From Epiperipatus broadwayi (lineage: Eukaryota; Animalia; Onychophora), in NCBI GenBank assembly GCA_028023455.1, contig JAQFVV010000006.1, positions 9,486,001 to 9,550,000 on the forward strand: a stretch of 64,000 nucleotides of DNA. Direction: 5' to 3'. The position numbers were made by a program, and so were the translations under genes. The notes under the pieces are model-generated. The model saw only the letters and a list, made by a program, of their open reading frames with translations. It had not been told where the DNA came from and ran no database searches. Positions 63,720-64,000 of this stretch are shown here, piece after piece (position 1 is the first letter of the stretch; each line of letters starts with the position of its first letter).

Positions 63720-63995
63720 CTTAACAAATCCTGTTGTTTCCTATCTAAAATCCCTAGATTAGTTTCAAGCTTATGGCTTTCATCAGTGAGGATCTTTGGA
63801 TCTTGGAGCAGCACAATTGGATCTTTAGAATCTAATGCACTCCAGCTCCCATCATTTACCTCTGCATAATACTATCAAACTATCAGGTCAAACTGAAAAA
63901 CATATGTGACCTGCTTGTATAGTCATAGAGAAGTGAATCCAGTTCAGTTTCTATATATTCTGGTCACTTTAGTTGTTTTTTTTACTAAAGACATC
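63720..63995 (-). mobile_element. HH-C locus 16, diverged; HHR 63746-63790 with fully paired stem II
   Basis: Minus strand ATCCTCA CTGATGA AAGC CATAA GCTT GAAA CTAA TC TAGGGAT. Confidence 0.7.
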
Positions 63996-64000
63996 AGAAA

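Overview
AT-rich (about 30% GC by eye) eukaryotic, probably invertebrate, intronic or intergenic DNA. No host exon, rRNA, intact tRNA or CRISPR array can be supported. The window is retroelement debris with a high density of self-cleaving-ribozyme motifs. More than 30 intact, half or decayed minimal type I hammerhead (HHR) motifs occur, in three multi-copy families plus singletons. HH-C is a non-coding ~455-460 nt unit at 16 loci. Some HH-C loci run for more than one head-to-tail monomer, and most are back-to-back inverted pairs. HH-A and HH-B are shorter Penelope-type termini with the same inverted architecture. A full-length, TSD-flanked but frameshifted RTE LINE (54390-57663, minus) begins at G1 of an HDV-like ribozyme fold. 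Also present: five truncated RTE copies, relics of other LINEs and probable Penelope-type RTs, a hAT MITE, SINE-like repeats, foldbacks, a ~100-nt tandem array, and a 1.3-kb block with only 13 cytosines on the plus strand. All ribozyme calls were folded by eye, and none has been tested for activity.
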